Source of the DNA: Perkinsela sp. CCAP 1560/9
Taxonomy: Eukaryota > Protista > Euglenozoa: Kinetoplastea
Length of the DNA: 64,000 nucleotides
NCBI GenBank assembly: GCA_965644495.1
Contig: CBFFSA010000020.1
Coordinates: forward strand, 147,001-211,000
Direction of reading: 5' to 3'
In this document: positions 1 to 10,407 of the stretch, piece by piece
How the letters are laid out: each line of letters opens with the position of its first letter
How positions within the stretch are numbered: position 1 is the first letter of the stretch
Program-made: the position numbers and the translations under genes
The notes under the pieces: model-generated
What the model was told of the DNA's origin: nothing
Databases searched by the model: none
Seen by the model: only the letters and a program-made list of their open reading frames with translations

Positions 1-1374
1 GTCTGGGCGTACCTGGACGACGTCACCTTCGCTGGTGAACCTAGGGTATGCGCGGAAGCCCTAGAGGCCCTCCGCGAGGAGCTGAAACATCTTGGGCTGC
101 GGCTAGACACCGCCAAATGTAAAGTAGCCACAAGACACAAGGACCTCTTCTCCGAGTTCTCCGGATCTCGTATGGTTCACTCCCTCGGGGGGGTCAAGCT
201 ACTGGGGGCGTTCATCGGGGTGTCGGAGGCTAGGGAAGAAGAATGGGTGCTTTCCAAGGCCCCCAAGGTAATCTCCTTCTTGGGGAAACTTAAGGACATT
301 AGCAGGCAATGTGCCTTGCCCCTCTTAAGACTCTGTGGGAGTCCTCGATGGAATTACATCGTAAGGACCCACGAGCCCCCGGTCACTAAAGAGGCCAATA
401 CCCAGGTCGACAAAGCCGTCCTGGCATGTGCTGAGGCCTTGCTCGGGGGGATGGGCTCCTTGGGAAAAACGCCGTTTTCTAATAACCTCTTCACGGCAGA
501 TTTCCTGGGGACCATCCCCTTCGAGCACAAGGCCGAAGACATGCAGGCCAAGGCGAAGAACGCTCTACAGGGCCGACCCCAAGGCATGTCAGCCAAGGAG
601 CAGCGACGCAACCTCTGTGACGTCGCGTTGGGGAAAGCCCCGACGGCTACCCAACTGGTCTGCATGCGACAGACCCAGCGCTTTCACTCCACTAAGTGGA
701 GGAACGCATGGCCGAACAGGCCGGAGTATTACATGCGGGACCCACAGTGGGAGACTGCGGCCCGTCTCCGGTACTTGGTCGCCCCTACCTCGGAGCCTGA
801 GCTCCAGTGCGTGTGCGGTGCAACCCTCCGCAATGAGGATTTTTGCGTACACGCACTGGATTGCAAGAAGGTTAAGGGGAAGACCCAGGCCTCCCGCCAC
901 AAGGAGGTCAAGGAAACCTTCCGAAACCTTCTAGTCCAGTATGGGTTCAAACCGGACTTACACGAACCGAGGTTCGACAATGGACGGGGGCCGGACTTAT
1001 GCTTCCAGCTGGGACGGAAGACCGTCCTTGTGGATGTAACGGTCGTGAACCCACTGGCCCCGTCCTACGTGGAGAAGGAGGCCGCAGAGCCTTCTCACAC
1101 CCTGAGGATGGCCGAGGCCAACAAGCGGCGCTCCCACGATGAGATGGCGACCGCCCGAGGGATGGAATTTTACCCCTTGGCTTTCACCACGTACGGGATC
1201 CCGGGCCCAGAGACTTTGAACTTCCTAACCAAGGTGGCCCGGGCCCACACATCCGACAAGAACGGATGCATGTCTCACCTCCTGATGGCCATCGGGGTGG
1301 CCATCCAGAGAGGGAACGCCCAGATTGTACAGGCGGCGGTACAAGACTGGTACCGCCGCGGGGTACGAGGTTAG
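1..1374 (+). CDS. 3' part of CRE-clade non-LTR retrotransposon ORF (RT C-terminus, zinc knuckle, restriction-like endonuclease); 5' end lies outside the window
   Basis: Frame is open from base 1: VWAYLDDVTF (RT catalytic motif), KLLGAFIG, CVCG...HALDC, RH, GPD...VDVTV, FYPLAFTTYG, AIQRGNA. Followed by a 28-nt 3' UTR and A15 at 1403-1417. Confidence 0.9.
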   Translation, partial: VWAYLDDVTFAGEPRVCAEALEALREELKHLGLRLDTAKCKVATRHKDLFSEFSGSRMVHSLGGVKLLGAFIGVSEAREEEWVLSKAPKVISFLGKLKDISRQCALPLLRLCGSPRWNYIVRTHEPPVTKEANTQVDKAVLACAEALLGGMGSLGKTPFSNNLFTADFLGTIPFEHKAEDMQAKAKNALQGRPQGMSAKEQRRNLCDVALGKAPTATQLVCMRQTQRFHSTKWRNAWPNRPEYYMRDPQWETAARLRYLVAPTSEPELQCVCGATLRNEDFCVHALDCKKVKGKTQASRHKEVKETFRNLLVQYGFKPDLHEPRFDNGRGPDLCFQLGRKTVLVDVTVVNPLAPSYVEKEAAEPSHTLRMAEANKRRSHDEMATARGMEFYPLAFTTYGIPGPETLNFLTKVARAHTSDKNGCMSHLLMAIGVAIQRGNAQIVQAAVQDWYRRGVRG

Positions 1375-1666
1375 CTGGGCTAGGGGGTTTAGGGAGGGAA
1401 CCAAAAAAAAAAAAAAAGGGTTCACAAGCCAGGCCGAGGAGTGGTCGAAAGACCCGGTCCGGAACGCGCGAATGGTTAGGGAGTCACCCGCACGCCGGGT
1501 GAGGTGAAGCTGAGGGAGACCTTACCCTCCCTGAGAAGTTGAAAAGTGGGGTAGGGGAAAGTAGAGAAGTAGGGAGAAAAGTGGGAAAAGTAAGTCAAAG
1601 GGGGAGAAAGTGAGAGAGAAAGAGGGGAAAGTGGAAAATTTTCAAAAAAAAAAAAAAAAAAAAAAA

Positions 1667-1739
1667 GGGGGAGCATGGTCGGGACCTCCTCGTGGTCTTC
1701 CCCGGCACTGCCATCTTTCAGATGGTACTGACGCCGACC
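1667..1739 (+). ncRNA. HDV-like (nested double pseudoknot) self-cleaving ribozyme, copy 1
   Basis: P1 GGGGGAG/CTTCCCC; P2 GGTCGG/CCGACC; P3 ACC/GGT; L3 TCCTCGT; P1.1 CC/GG; P4 TGCCATC/GATGGTA; J4/2 CTGA (CNRA, catalytic C). G1 is the first base after the upstream A tract. Confidence 0.85.
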
Positions 1740-1872
1740 TTTAACCTAAAAGTGGGGTAGGGGAAAGTAGAGAAGTAGGGAGAAAAGTGGGAAAAGTAAG
1801 TCAAAGGGGGAGAAAGTGAGAGAGAAAGAGGGGAAAGTGGAAAATTTTCAAAAAAAAAAAAAAAAAAAAAAA
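1667..1872 (+). mobile_element. Ribozyme-headed non-autonomous retroposon (~180 nt plus polyA); second copy at 3267-3471
   Basis: Ribozyme followed by the ~100-nt purine-rich 3' tail shared with units 1418-1666, 1873-2082 and others, then an A tract. Confidence 0.8.
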
Positions 1873-2471
1873 CCCGGTCCGGAACGCGCGAATGGTTAGG
1901 GAGTCACCCGCACGCCGGGTGAGGTGAAGCTGAGGGAGACCTTACCCTCCCTGAGAAGTTGAAAAGTGGGGTAGGGGAAAGTAGAGAAGTAGGGAGAAAA
2001 GTGGGAAAAGTAAGTCAAAGGGGGAGAAAGTGAGAGAGAAAGAGGGGAAAGTGGAAAATTTTCAAAAAAAAAAAAAAAAAAACCTCCCCGTCGGCCAGCA
2101 TCCTGTTTCGCGACCGTGTCGCTGTTGACACAGGCCCGCGCCTGCGCCCTCCCATATAGCAAGGGAAGGGTTCACAAGTCAGGCCGTGGAGTGGTCGAAA
2201 GACCCGGTCCGGAACGCGCGAATGGATTGGGTCTGTATTGCTTGTTTTAGTTTTTACTGTTTCTTGTTTGTAGTATATACTTAGGGGAGATTAAATTGCT
2301 AGTTTTGGGCTGAGAAAAAACAAAAGGTACATCTGTGGAAACAAAAAGAATTGCTAATTTGATTGCTTGTTTTCAACTCGTATACCCCCCCCAATGGACC
2401 TACTTGGTTCGTCTACTGGGTCAAAATATAGAGGCAATGCCGCGATTCATACTTAAAAAAAAAAAAAAAAA

Positions 2472-3087
2472 GGGGGGGGGGGCACCCCCATCAAATACAC
2501 TCCTTTTTGTCGGCATCCCCCTTCCCCGTCTCGTCCCATCACCCCCCTGCGCCGCATCCCCCCACCTCACCCTCCCTCCGCAGAGCGCTTGCCCCCCTGT
2601 TGTGTTTCTCTCTCGCGTCCACCACCCCCGTGTCAGCAGCCAAAAGTATACAATACTTGCTCACGGGGTGGGGGCAGAGTTCCTGGCAGATGGTCCCGTG
2701 CTTCGCCTCCTCTCACCCCTGCGTCAGTCGCCCCGTGTCTCTCTCCGCGCTCTTCTCCCTCGGCGTGACGACGTCTTTGTGTTTCGTGGCCTCCACGTCT
2801 CCCACCCTCGTACGGCAACCAAAAGTATTTATTACTGCTAACGGGGTGGGAGCGGAGGTGCAGGACCATACGGGCCTCGGTGCATGCGGATCGGTGAGTG
2901 GGGTAGGGAGTGAGGGAAGGGAAGTACGAGAGGGCTAAGAGGAGTAGGTGTGGAAAGTATGGGGAGTAAGGGAAAGTGAAGGGCCGTAAGTGTGGAAATT
3001 GTGGAAAAGTTGGACTCCATACATAAAAAGTTAGACTCAATACTATTCCCCCCAATTATTTGCAAAAAAAAAAAAAAAAAAAAAAAA
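2472..3087 (+). mobile_element. Non-coding A-tailed retroposed unit of a distinct family
   Basis: Bounded by A tracts; C-rich 5' half with a duplicated hairpin motif; G-rich 3' tail; no credible ORF. Confidence 0.6.
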
Positions 3088-3266
3088 TATTCGCGGAACG
3101 CGCGAATGGATTGGGCATAAATTGCTTCTTTTTATTATTATTGTTATCAAAATCATAAATACTGTAACTTAAGGCAGGTTGAATTATTAGTTTTGGGCTA
3201 CAACATGTGAAATTGCTAATTTGATTGCTTGTTTACAAATCATATACAAAAAAAAAAAAAAAAAAA

Positions 3267-3339
3267 GGGGGAGCATGGTCGGGACCTCTTCGTGGTCTTC
3301 CCCGGCACTGCCATCTTTCAGATGGTACTGACGCCGACC
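3267..3339 (+). ncRNA. HDV-like ribozyme, copy 2
   Basis: Same as 1667-1739 except L3 is TCTTCGT, which turns one P1.1 C-G pair into U-G. Again starts directly after an A tract. Confidence 0.8.
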
Positions 3340-3664
3340 TTTAACCTAAAAGTGGGGTAGGGGAAAGTAGAGAAGTAGGGAGAAAAGTGGGAAAAGTAAG
3401 TCAAAGGGGGAGAAAGTGAGAGAGAAAGAGGGGAAAGTGGAAAATTTTCAAAAAAAAAAAAAAAAAAAAAACCCGGTCCGGAACGCGCGAATGGTTAGGG
3501 AGTCACCCGCACGCCGGGTGAGGTGAAGCTGAGGGAGACCTTACCCTCCCTGAGAAGTTGAAAAGTGGGGTAGGGGAAAGTAGAGAAGTAGGGAGAAAAG
3601 TGGGAAAAGTAAGTCAAAGGGGGAGAAAGTGAGAGAGAAAGAGGGGAAAGTGGAAAAAAAAAAA

Positions 3665-3694
3665 CGATAAAGATACAGTTTCTGTACCTTGTTG
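3665..3694 (+). other. Spliced-leader (mini-exon) remnant
   Basis: CGATAAAGATACAGTTTCTGTACCTTGTTG, resembling the kinetoplastid SL 3' end CAGTTTCTGTACTWTATTG. Recurs at five other element 5' ends. Confidence 0.85.
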
Positions 3695-3738
3695 AATTAT
3701 TTTTATTAACCCACTATTTTCCCTATCAGGGTCTCACC

Positions 3739-6700
3739 ATGCCACACGACGACCTCTTCGATGCGAATGCAGTACCCATGGACGACGACTCTTTCCGTCA
3801 GGAAGAAATTTCGCACAACACGGGTGCTTGGGACCAATTTGCAGGAAACGCACATTTAATTCCCGGTCAGAGCTCCTACGATGAACTCTTGTACACAACA
3901 CCGATTCCCAAACATATCCCCAAACACTGGGCAAAAAGAGCCGCCAAGATCGCCGGAGAGGCTCCCACGCCGGACACGGGAAGAATGACGGAAGATGAAG
4001 AGACGAATCACTCCCTCGTCGTGGAAGCAAGCCCGAGAAACACACCGGAGGTTCCTGACGCCCAAGTACCTTCTCCAAACAAGGCCTCGAAGCGCAAGAA
4101 CATAAATCCGGTACCGATCCCGCAGCACTGTACTCAGCGCGTATGCCCAGCTGAAGGATGCACTTGGAAGACTCCTCCTCACGGTGGGCAATGGCAAGCA
4201 TTTTACAATCATGTGGCCCACCGACACGGAGAAAGCGTACCAACCACTTGGTGGGAGGGGGAGGGAAGATTTCTTTGCAAGGACTGCGGCAGGCACTACG
4301 ATAAGAACAAGGAGAATTCTCACCCCAAACAGTGCAAAGGCCGTAACCACCCCGTGCGATCTCAAACCCCACCTAGGCCAACGACAAGTCTCGAAAATGC
4401 AACTGAAATTCCTCCAGAAAACATGCTATCAACGTTGAGCTCTATCTGCGCGCTGCCCATAAGCACATGCAAAGATGTCCCCCATTCCTGTAGGTTTCTA
4501 TGGGCGAGCATTTTGACACAGGTCATGACATCTGCTGTGCAAGAAAACACAATGGAGGCATGGACGTTACTGGCAATGCTCCCTAAATGCGTCTTACCTG
4601 CACCTTACCGAGGCGGTCGCAAAGGACACACGTCATACTCTACATACGTGGAAAAAAGCATGGAACTCTGGCTAGAAGGGGAGTACCTCTTGCTCTGGGA
4701 ACAGGCCCTAAAGGATCACGCCAAAAAACGCTCCAAGCCTAGAAGTTCCGAAAATGAAGAAGAAAGAGCGGCAATCAGGGCAGAAATACTGTCACGTCAA
4801 GGGGAATACTCTAGGGGAATAGCCGCTCTAACCGCAGCACCCATGGCGCCGGACAACGAGGAGACCCTTGCGAAGCTTCTATAAAAGCACCCAAATCCTC
4901 ACGAAAACCCACTTGAGAACGATCTTCCACCGATTGAGGGTAATCCCCTGCGTCTGGAGGAAGTTTTCGCAGAGGGTCTTCTGCCGGAACAATGGGTCTA
5001 CGTCCAGAACACATCCAGGCCGCCATTTTGGAACACGCCGACAAGAAGGTGGGTCCTCTTTCGTTCCTCACTCGCCTCGTGAACCACATGCTCCAAGGAA
5101 AGGCACCGCCAGAGGTACAACTGTTCTACGCTGGAGCCCGTCTCTGCGCTCTGGAGAAAGGTGAAGAAGATGTCCGACCCATAGCAGCAGGCGAAACCCT
5201 CAGACGTCTAGTAAGCAAAGCGGCATGCGTCGCCGTAAAGGAGAAGGCTGAAACTTTATTCCGGGGAAGACAGTATGGTGTGGCTGCATCCGCGGGGGCC
5301 GAACGAGTAATTCATCTGTGCCGGAAAACAATGCTAAACAACATGGGGAGCGACAGTCTTGTTCTCTGTAAGGTAGACCTCAGAAATGCGTTCAACAACG
5401 TCAGCAGGCCTGTCTTCACTTTGCTCACACGTCTCAATTTTCCAGAACTTTCACCCTGGGTGGAATGGTGCTACACAAACCCGAGTTGTCTTACCTACGG
5501 GAATCACTTCCTATCCTCAGCCGAAGGCGTCCAGCAAGGTGACCCATTGGGTCCGCTTCTCTTCTCTCTAGTCCTTTCTGGGGTAACCGAGGAAATATCA
5601 TCCCGATCAAACCTAGATTCGCAACTATGGTATTTGGACGACGGAGTTCTCATGGGGGAGGCGGCGGAGGTTCGAAAGGCGCTTGACGTTTTTTCCGAGG
5701 TTGGTTCACAATGCGGGCTATTTCTGAATCCGAACAAGTGTGAAATAATAACGCCACCTGCCTCAGCCCATCACACGACTTTATTTCCGGAAATACCTAC
5801 CGCCAAAATTCGTGTTGACGGGAATTTCGATATTCTCGGATCCCCGATTGGGTCTGCGGAGCACTGCGCGGAGTTCCTAATGTCTCACGCCATCGAACCC
5901 GCACGCGAGACTCTCGCAGCAATAGGGCTAATAGGCGATCCACAAGTTGCCATCGCCCTCATCCGCCAGTGCACTGGCTTCTGCCAAATGGTGTACACTC
6001 TCCGCACCACACCCCCCCAGGCTCTTTTTCAACTTTGTAGCCTACTAGACGAAACCGTTCTTAAAGCTGTCGAGTGGGCACTTTTCCCCCTGGAACCCCA
6101 CGCACGTGACCAAATCCAACGAAGGAAACGCCACGGAGGTTTCGGCCTTAGGTCTGCAACACTCCACGCGACAGCCGCTTACGTTTCTTCCGTCGCGCAC
6201 GCCGCCGACATAGACGACTGGGATCCTACAGAGGCTGATGGATTCGCCATTTCGGTACAAGACGTAAACCGTAAAGCAGGAGTAGCGCTAGTGGATCCCA
6301 ACACGGGGCGCACACCCAAGCAGGACAAGCCACTCCCATACTCAGGCCACCATCACAACTTCCTCCCGAAAAGGAAACGCCCACGGAGCACTCAAAACAA
6401 AATGGAAGCGGACAGGGCAACCGCGCCGGAGATGGTCATCCCTCGACAGCAGCAACTCAGCCAGGCTATCTCACAGCAGGAATTCACCACAGCACCGAGC
6501 AGGCTGACCCTCGCACTCGCGCACGGTGGGTTTCAGAGTCGGGTAAGGGAGCAGGTAGCTGGGCTTTCGTGACGCCCTCTAGGAGCAAAGGATACGCCTT
6601 CACACCAACAGAGTTCCGCACGCTGTCCCGCTGGTGGCTGGGATCCGACATCTATCAAGAAGATCGCCCTTGCCCAGCGAAGGGATGCACATTACCTCTG

Positions 6701-7291
6701 CAGAAAAATGGGGAACATGCATTGTTATGTAAGAACGGACATGGCCTCATCACCCGTCACAACGCGGTCTGTGAGCAATTCACAGCATTCTGCAGAAAAG
6801 CCGACATAGCTCCGCAAAGGGAGAAAAGCCTGGGAAATCGTGGTCCAAGAGGGGGTCTCACCAGACCTGCTGACGTGTTTCTCCCGAATTACACCCTGGG
6901 AAGTGGTATGGTGTTAGACTTCGCAGTCACCCACGCACAGCAACTAAAGTATTTGGACTCTGTCCGGAATGCTAGCTGGGTGGCTGCGGGATCTTTCGCT
7001 GAACACTACTCAGCAACGAAGGATAAACAACGCCAGGAAGCGGAGGAAGCGAAATTACTTTTTACGGCCATGGTAGTTGAATCCTTTGGCTCGTGGAGTA
7101 AAAGCGCGATGGCTGTTTTGTGGAAGGTGGGGGCGTTACGCGCAAACGCGTCAAACGGTCTACTCACAGACACTCAAGCCCGAAATGACCTTCTCAAAGA
7201 GCTGAACGTGGCTCTCATGCGCTCCCAGGCCCGGATGATGGTCTCTAGGATAGTCGTCAGTGACCCTGACGCTCCCCTGGAAGGGGCCTAA
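3739..7291 (+). pseudogene. CRE-type ORF (C2H2 zinc fingers, RT, CCHC, RLE) with disablements
   Basis: CPAEGC..HVAHRH; RPIAAGETLRRLVSK; DLRNAFN; GVQQGDPLGPLLF; WYLDDG; CPAKGC..HALLC, RHN, RPAD..LDFAV. In-frame TAA at 4882-4884 (LL*KHP) and frameshifts near 4960 and 6485. Confidence 0.9.
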
Positions 7292-8684
7292 GGGATCTCG
7301 GGAATACCCACTGGGACATAAACCGCTGGTCCGGATGCTGGTCGGTGCCGACAGGGTCTATGCTCACGCCTAGTCCGTCAGGGCTAGGTACCCCAAGTGA
7401 GGTAGGACAAGGGTAGGGAACTTTGTTCCTCCCCGTCGGCCAGCATCATGCTCCGCGACCGTGCCGCTGTCGGCACAGGCCCATTGCTTGCGCCCTCTCG
7501 TACAACAAGAGAAGGGTTAACAAGGCAAGCTGGGAGTGGTCGAAAGACCCGGTTCGGAACATGCATGAGGAAGATGGGAGCGCGAATGGATTGGAGAAGA
7601 CCTCGCCTCCCCCCTTTTTTATCATCAAAAACCCTCTTGTGGCGTAGGTGCGAGGCGAGGCAGAGGGAGACCTTACCCTCCCTGGAAAGGTGGAAGTTCG
7701 GTAAGGGGAAGTGGGAAAGTTGGGAAGTGGGAAAGTTGGGAAGTGGGAAGGTTGGGAAGTGGGAAAGTTGGTTCGCTAGTTTTTATATAGTTGTTAAAAA
7801 GAGGAAAAAGATTTAAATAAAGAAAAATATAATCTTTAAAAAAATTGCTAATTTGATTGCTTGTTTTCAAATCACTACCCCCCCCCCCCCCCAATGGACC
7901 TACTTGGTTCGTGTACTGGGTAAAAATATAGAGGCAATGCCGCGTTTCAAAAATTATAATACAAAAATAAAACAGGCCCGCGCCTGCGCCCTCCCGTATA
8001 ACAAGGGAAGGGTTCACAAGCCAGGCCGAGGAGTGGTCGAAAGACCCGGTCCGGAACGCGCGAATGGTTAGGGAGTCACCCGCACGCCGGGTGAGGTGAA
8101 GCTGAGGGAGACCTTACCCTCCCTGAGAAGTTGAAAAGTGGGGTAGGGGAAAGTAGAGAAGTAGGGAGAAAAGTGGGAAAAGTAAGTCAAAGGGGGAGAA
8201 AGTGAGAGAGAAAGAGGGGAAAGTGGAAAAAAAAAAAAAAAAAAAAAAAAACAGGCCCGCGCCTGCGCCCTCCCGTATAACAAGGGAAGGGTTCACAAGC
8301 CAGGCCGAGGAGTGGTCGAAAGACCCGGTCCGGAACGCGCGAATGGTTAGGGAGTCACCCGCACGCCGGGTGAGGTGAAGCTGAGGGAGACCTTACCCTC
8401 CCTGAGAAGTTGAAAAGTGGGGTAGGGGAAAGTAGAGAAGTAGGGAGAAAAGTGGGAAAAGTAAGTCAAAGGGGGAGAAAGTGAGAGAGAAAGAGGGGAA
8501 AGTGGAAAATTTTCAACTCAATAAAATACATCCCACCTTTATGCCTTACAGATCAATGTTAATGGAGCCCATGCAAGTGGGGCTTGCACTGGCTGGCACA
8601 GATTGGCACTGGCTGGCATATAATTTATTTTATTTTATCACCCCATGCTGAGTCACAGGCCGCAAAAAACACACGTTCCGCCAG

Positions 8685-9254
8685 TTAACCACTTCCGATC
8701 CCCTGGAAAAATGGCCGTTGTGGCTTGCACTGGCTTGCACAAGTTGGAACTGGCTTGCAGTGGCGGTATGCATGGGGTCCAATAGGGTATACTATGCTTT
8801 CTTCCCATCCCTCTGTCGTCTCATCTCCTATATCAGTGTCTTTGATGAGTTGGACGACTGTCTCCATATTTTCATCATCCTCACTGTTGTCCCCTTCCTT
8901 TATGTCGCTACTCTGTTGTGCAGGCAAAGGTGATGGGATCCCCAAAACACTTGGATACCAAGTCTTCGCAATGTTCTTCCTCGTGAGTCTGTTCTGTACG
9001 CCGTTAGGGAATAACAGCGAGTATAGGTTATTCACAACATGCAATCCGCATTCATTCGTTAGCGGTTCTTGCTGCTGAACTTTCGCATATTTTACTTTTA
9101 CGTTGCTTGCAGAGGTGCCGATAATAGGCCTTAAGTGCGAAGCCAAGCTTTCCAAGTAGTCCTGGCGGGCAGTGGGAGAAAATGCCTGGTAACTGTCAAA
9201 TACGGTCATTCCCAATCAGTGGTAATGCACAAGAATGAAATGGCCGTTGAAGAT
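8685..9254 (-). pseudogene. Ulp1/C48-like cysteine protease fragment (transposon cargo)
   Basis: GHFILV...VFDS...QQQEPLTNECGLHVVNNL...WYP; homologous to 57603-57905. Confidence 0.65.
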
Positions 9255-10407
9255 TTCATTTCAGTTTCATACCGGGCGAGCCGGCAGAGAATTTAATTCG
9301 GTTTGCACACATACAACGTGTCTAACGAAAGTCTAATCAATCTTGGCGTGGTTCATCGGACCATGCGGGGTCCTCGCGCCGTGTCCAGATCACATAACTC
9401 CCGAAGATTGCACTTCGGATCATGTGTTGTACGCAGGAAGATGCCTCTTCTTCCCCATCGAACAGGACACTGACTAGTGAGGAGGTCGTGTTAGGCATTC
9501 CACGCGCTCCTATTTCAAAAACTATCGAATAGCAGGGTACATTTTCTGCACGACGCTTGAACATTAGCTGGTTGTACTTGTTTCGTTTGCGCTGATGAGC
9601 CTCAGCGAGATTCTCTTCCCAAGGTACTGTGAGTTCGATAATGTATTCGCATCCATTCTTGAGTTGCACTCAGCCGTCTGGCCGCAACAACGATAGATCG
9701 TTTGCCATCCAGTTCGGGGGGTTGCGCAGTCCCGGAATGTCAAAATGGGCTTTCGAAGTGTACGGAGACTTTAGGACATGAGTCGCGAGCTCTTGAAGCA
9801 CCAGATTATGTCGATATGAGTATCGTCCTTGCTCCAAGGATAAGGTACAGGAGGAGAGGACGTGACGCGGTGTTTGTATTTCTCTAGAACATACATGTAT
9901 GGGGCATGTCGTATTTGAGTGTGATGATATTCCCCATCTGTGGAGAGCGGCGCGGGAGGGGAGAGGTGTCAGGGTCATAATCGATGCTGCAAATCGGGAA
10001 AGCTTATGGTTATTTATTCCATTTATCGCTGCCGCAAACTGTTTAGCTGTGTCAGGATCAGCCGGGAGGTCCCACCATTTTGAACTTAATGAGGCCCGTT
10101 TTTTCAGTTTCTCTAACGTGTTCGTTTCATACTGTTTGCGTAGGGTCTCCTTGGCTCGGTTGATATCTGCAAGATCATCAAGAATATAAGTTGCTGGTCT
10201 TATCAAGCCTCGGCGGCGTAGATTCTTCTCTTCGTCTACCGTTACCCCCCCCCCCCCCCCCCCCTTACTTCACCACATTTAGCCACTCCGCATGTGGTGA
10301 AGTAAGGGGGGTGTCAGAATTTTCGCCCGATTCCTACTCTGTGATAACAGTTAACCCAGGTCAGAGATTGTAAATTTTCATTGATTTCAATATTTATTCA
10401 ATACACG

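Larger units (their letters stand above)
3665..7972 (+). mobile_element. Full-length, SL-headed CRE-clade LINE with long structured 3' UTR
   Basis: SL-like 30-mer at 3665-3694, ATG at 3739, coding region to 7291, ~680-nt 3' UTR homologous to the array units, A-rich end. Confidence 0.9.
1..8514 (+). repeat. Head-to-tail array of 12 retroposed units joined by A tracts
   Basis: Units: 1-1417, 1418-1666, 1667-1872, 1873-2082, 2083-2471, 2472-3087, 3088-3266, 3267-3471, 3472-3664, 3665-7972, 7973-8251, 8252-8514. All are on the + strand, with variable 5' truncation and no TSDs seen. Confidence 0.9.

Noticed and set aside
1370-1760. TTAGGG-like words and TAACCTAA as telomere repeats or a telomerase template
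   Set aside because: These are isolated single occurrences, with no tandem tract to support them.
3665-3740. SL motif as an SL-RNA gene or CRE target-site duplication
   Set aside because: No GT donor or conserved SL intron follows, downstream sequences differ among the six copies, and no second SL copy lies at the element's 3' end.
7428-7595. CRE 3' UTR as an expanded HDV ribozyme or group II intron domain V (TCCCCGT and GCGAATGG motifs)
   Set aside because: There is no P1.1 GG after the candidate P1, no P2 partner, and no AGC/CGC triad helix. Kept only as an unassigned structured RNA.
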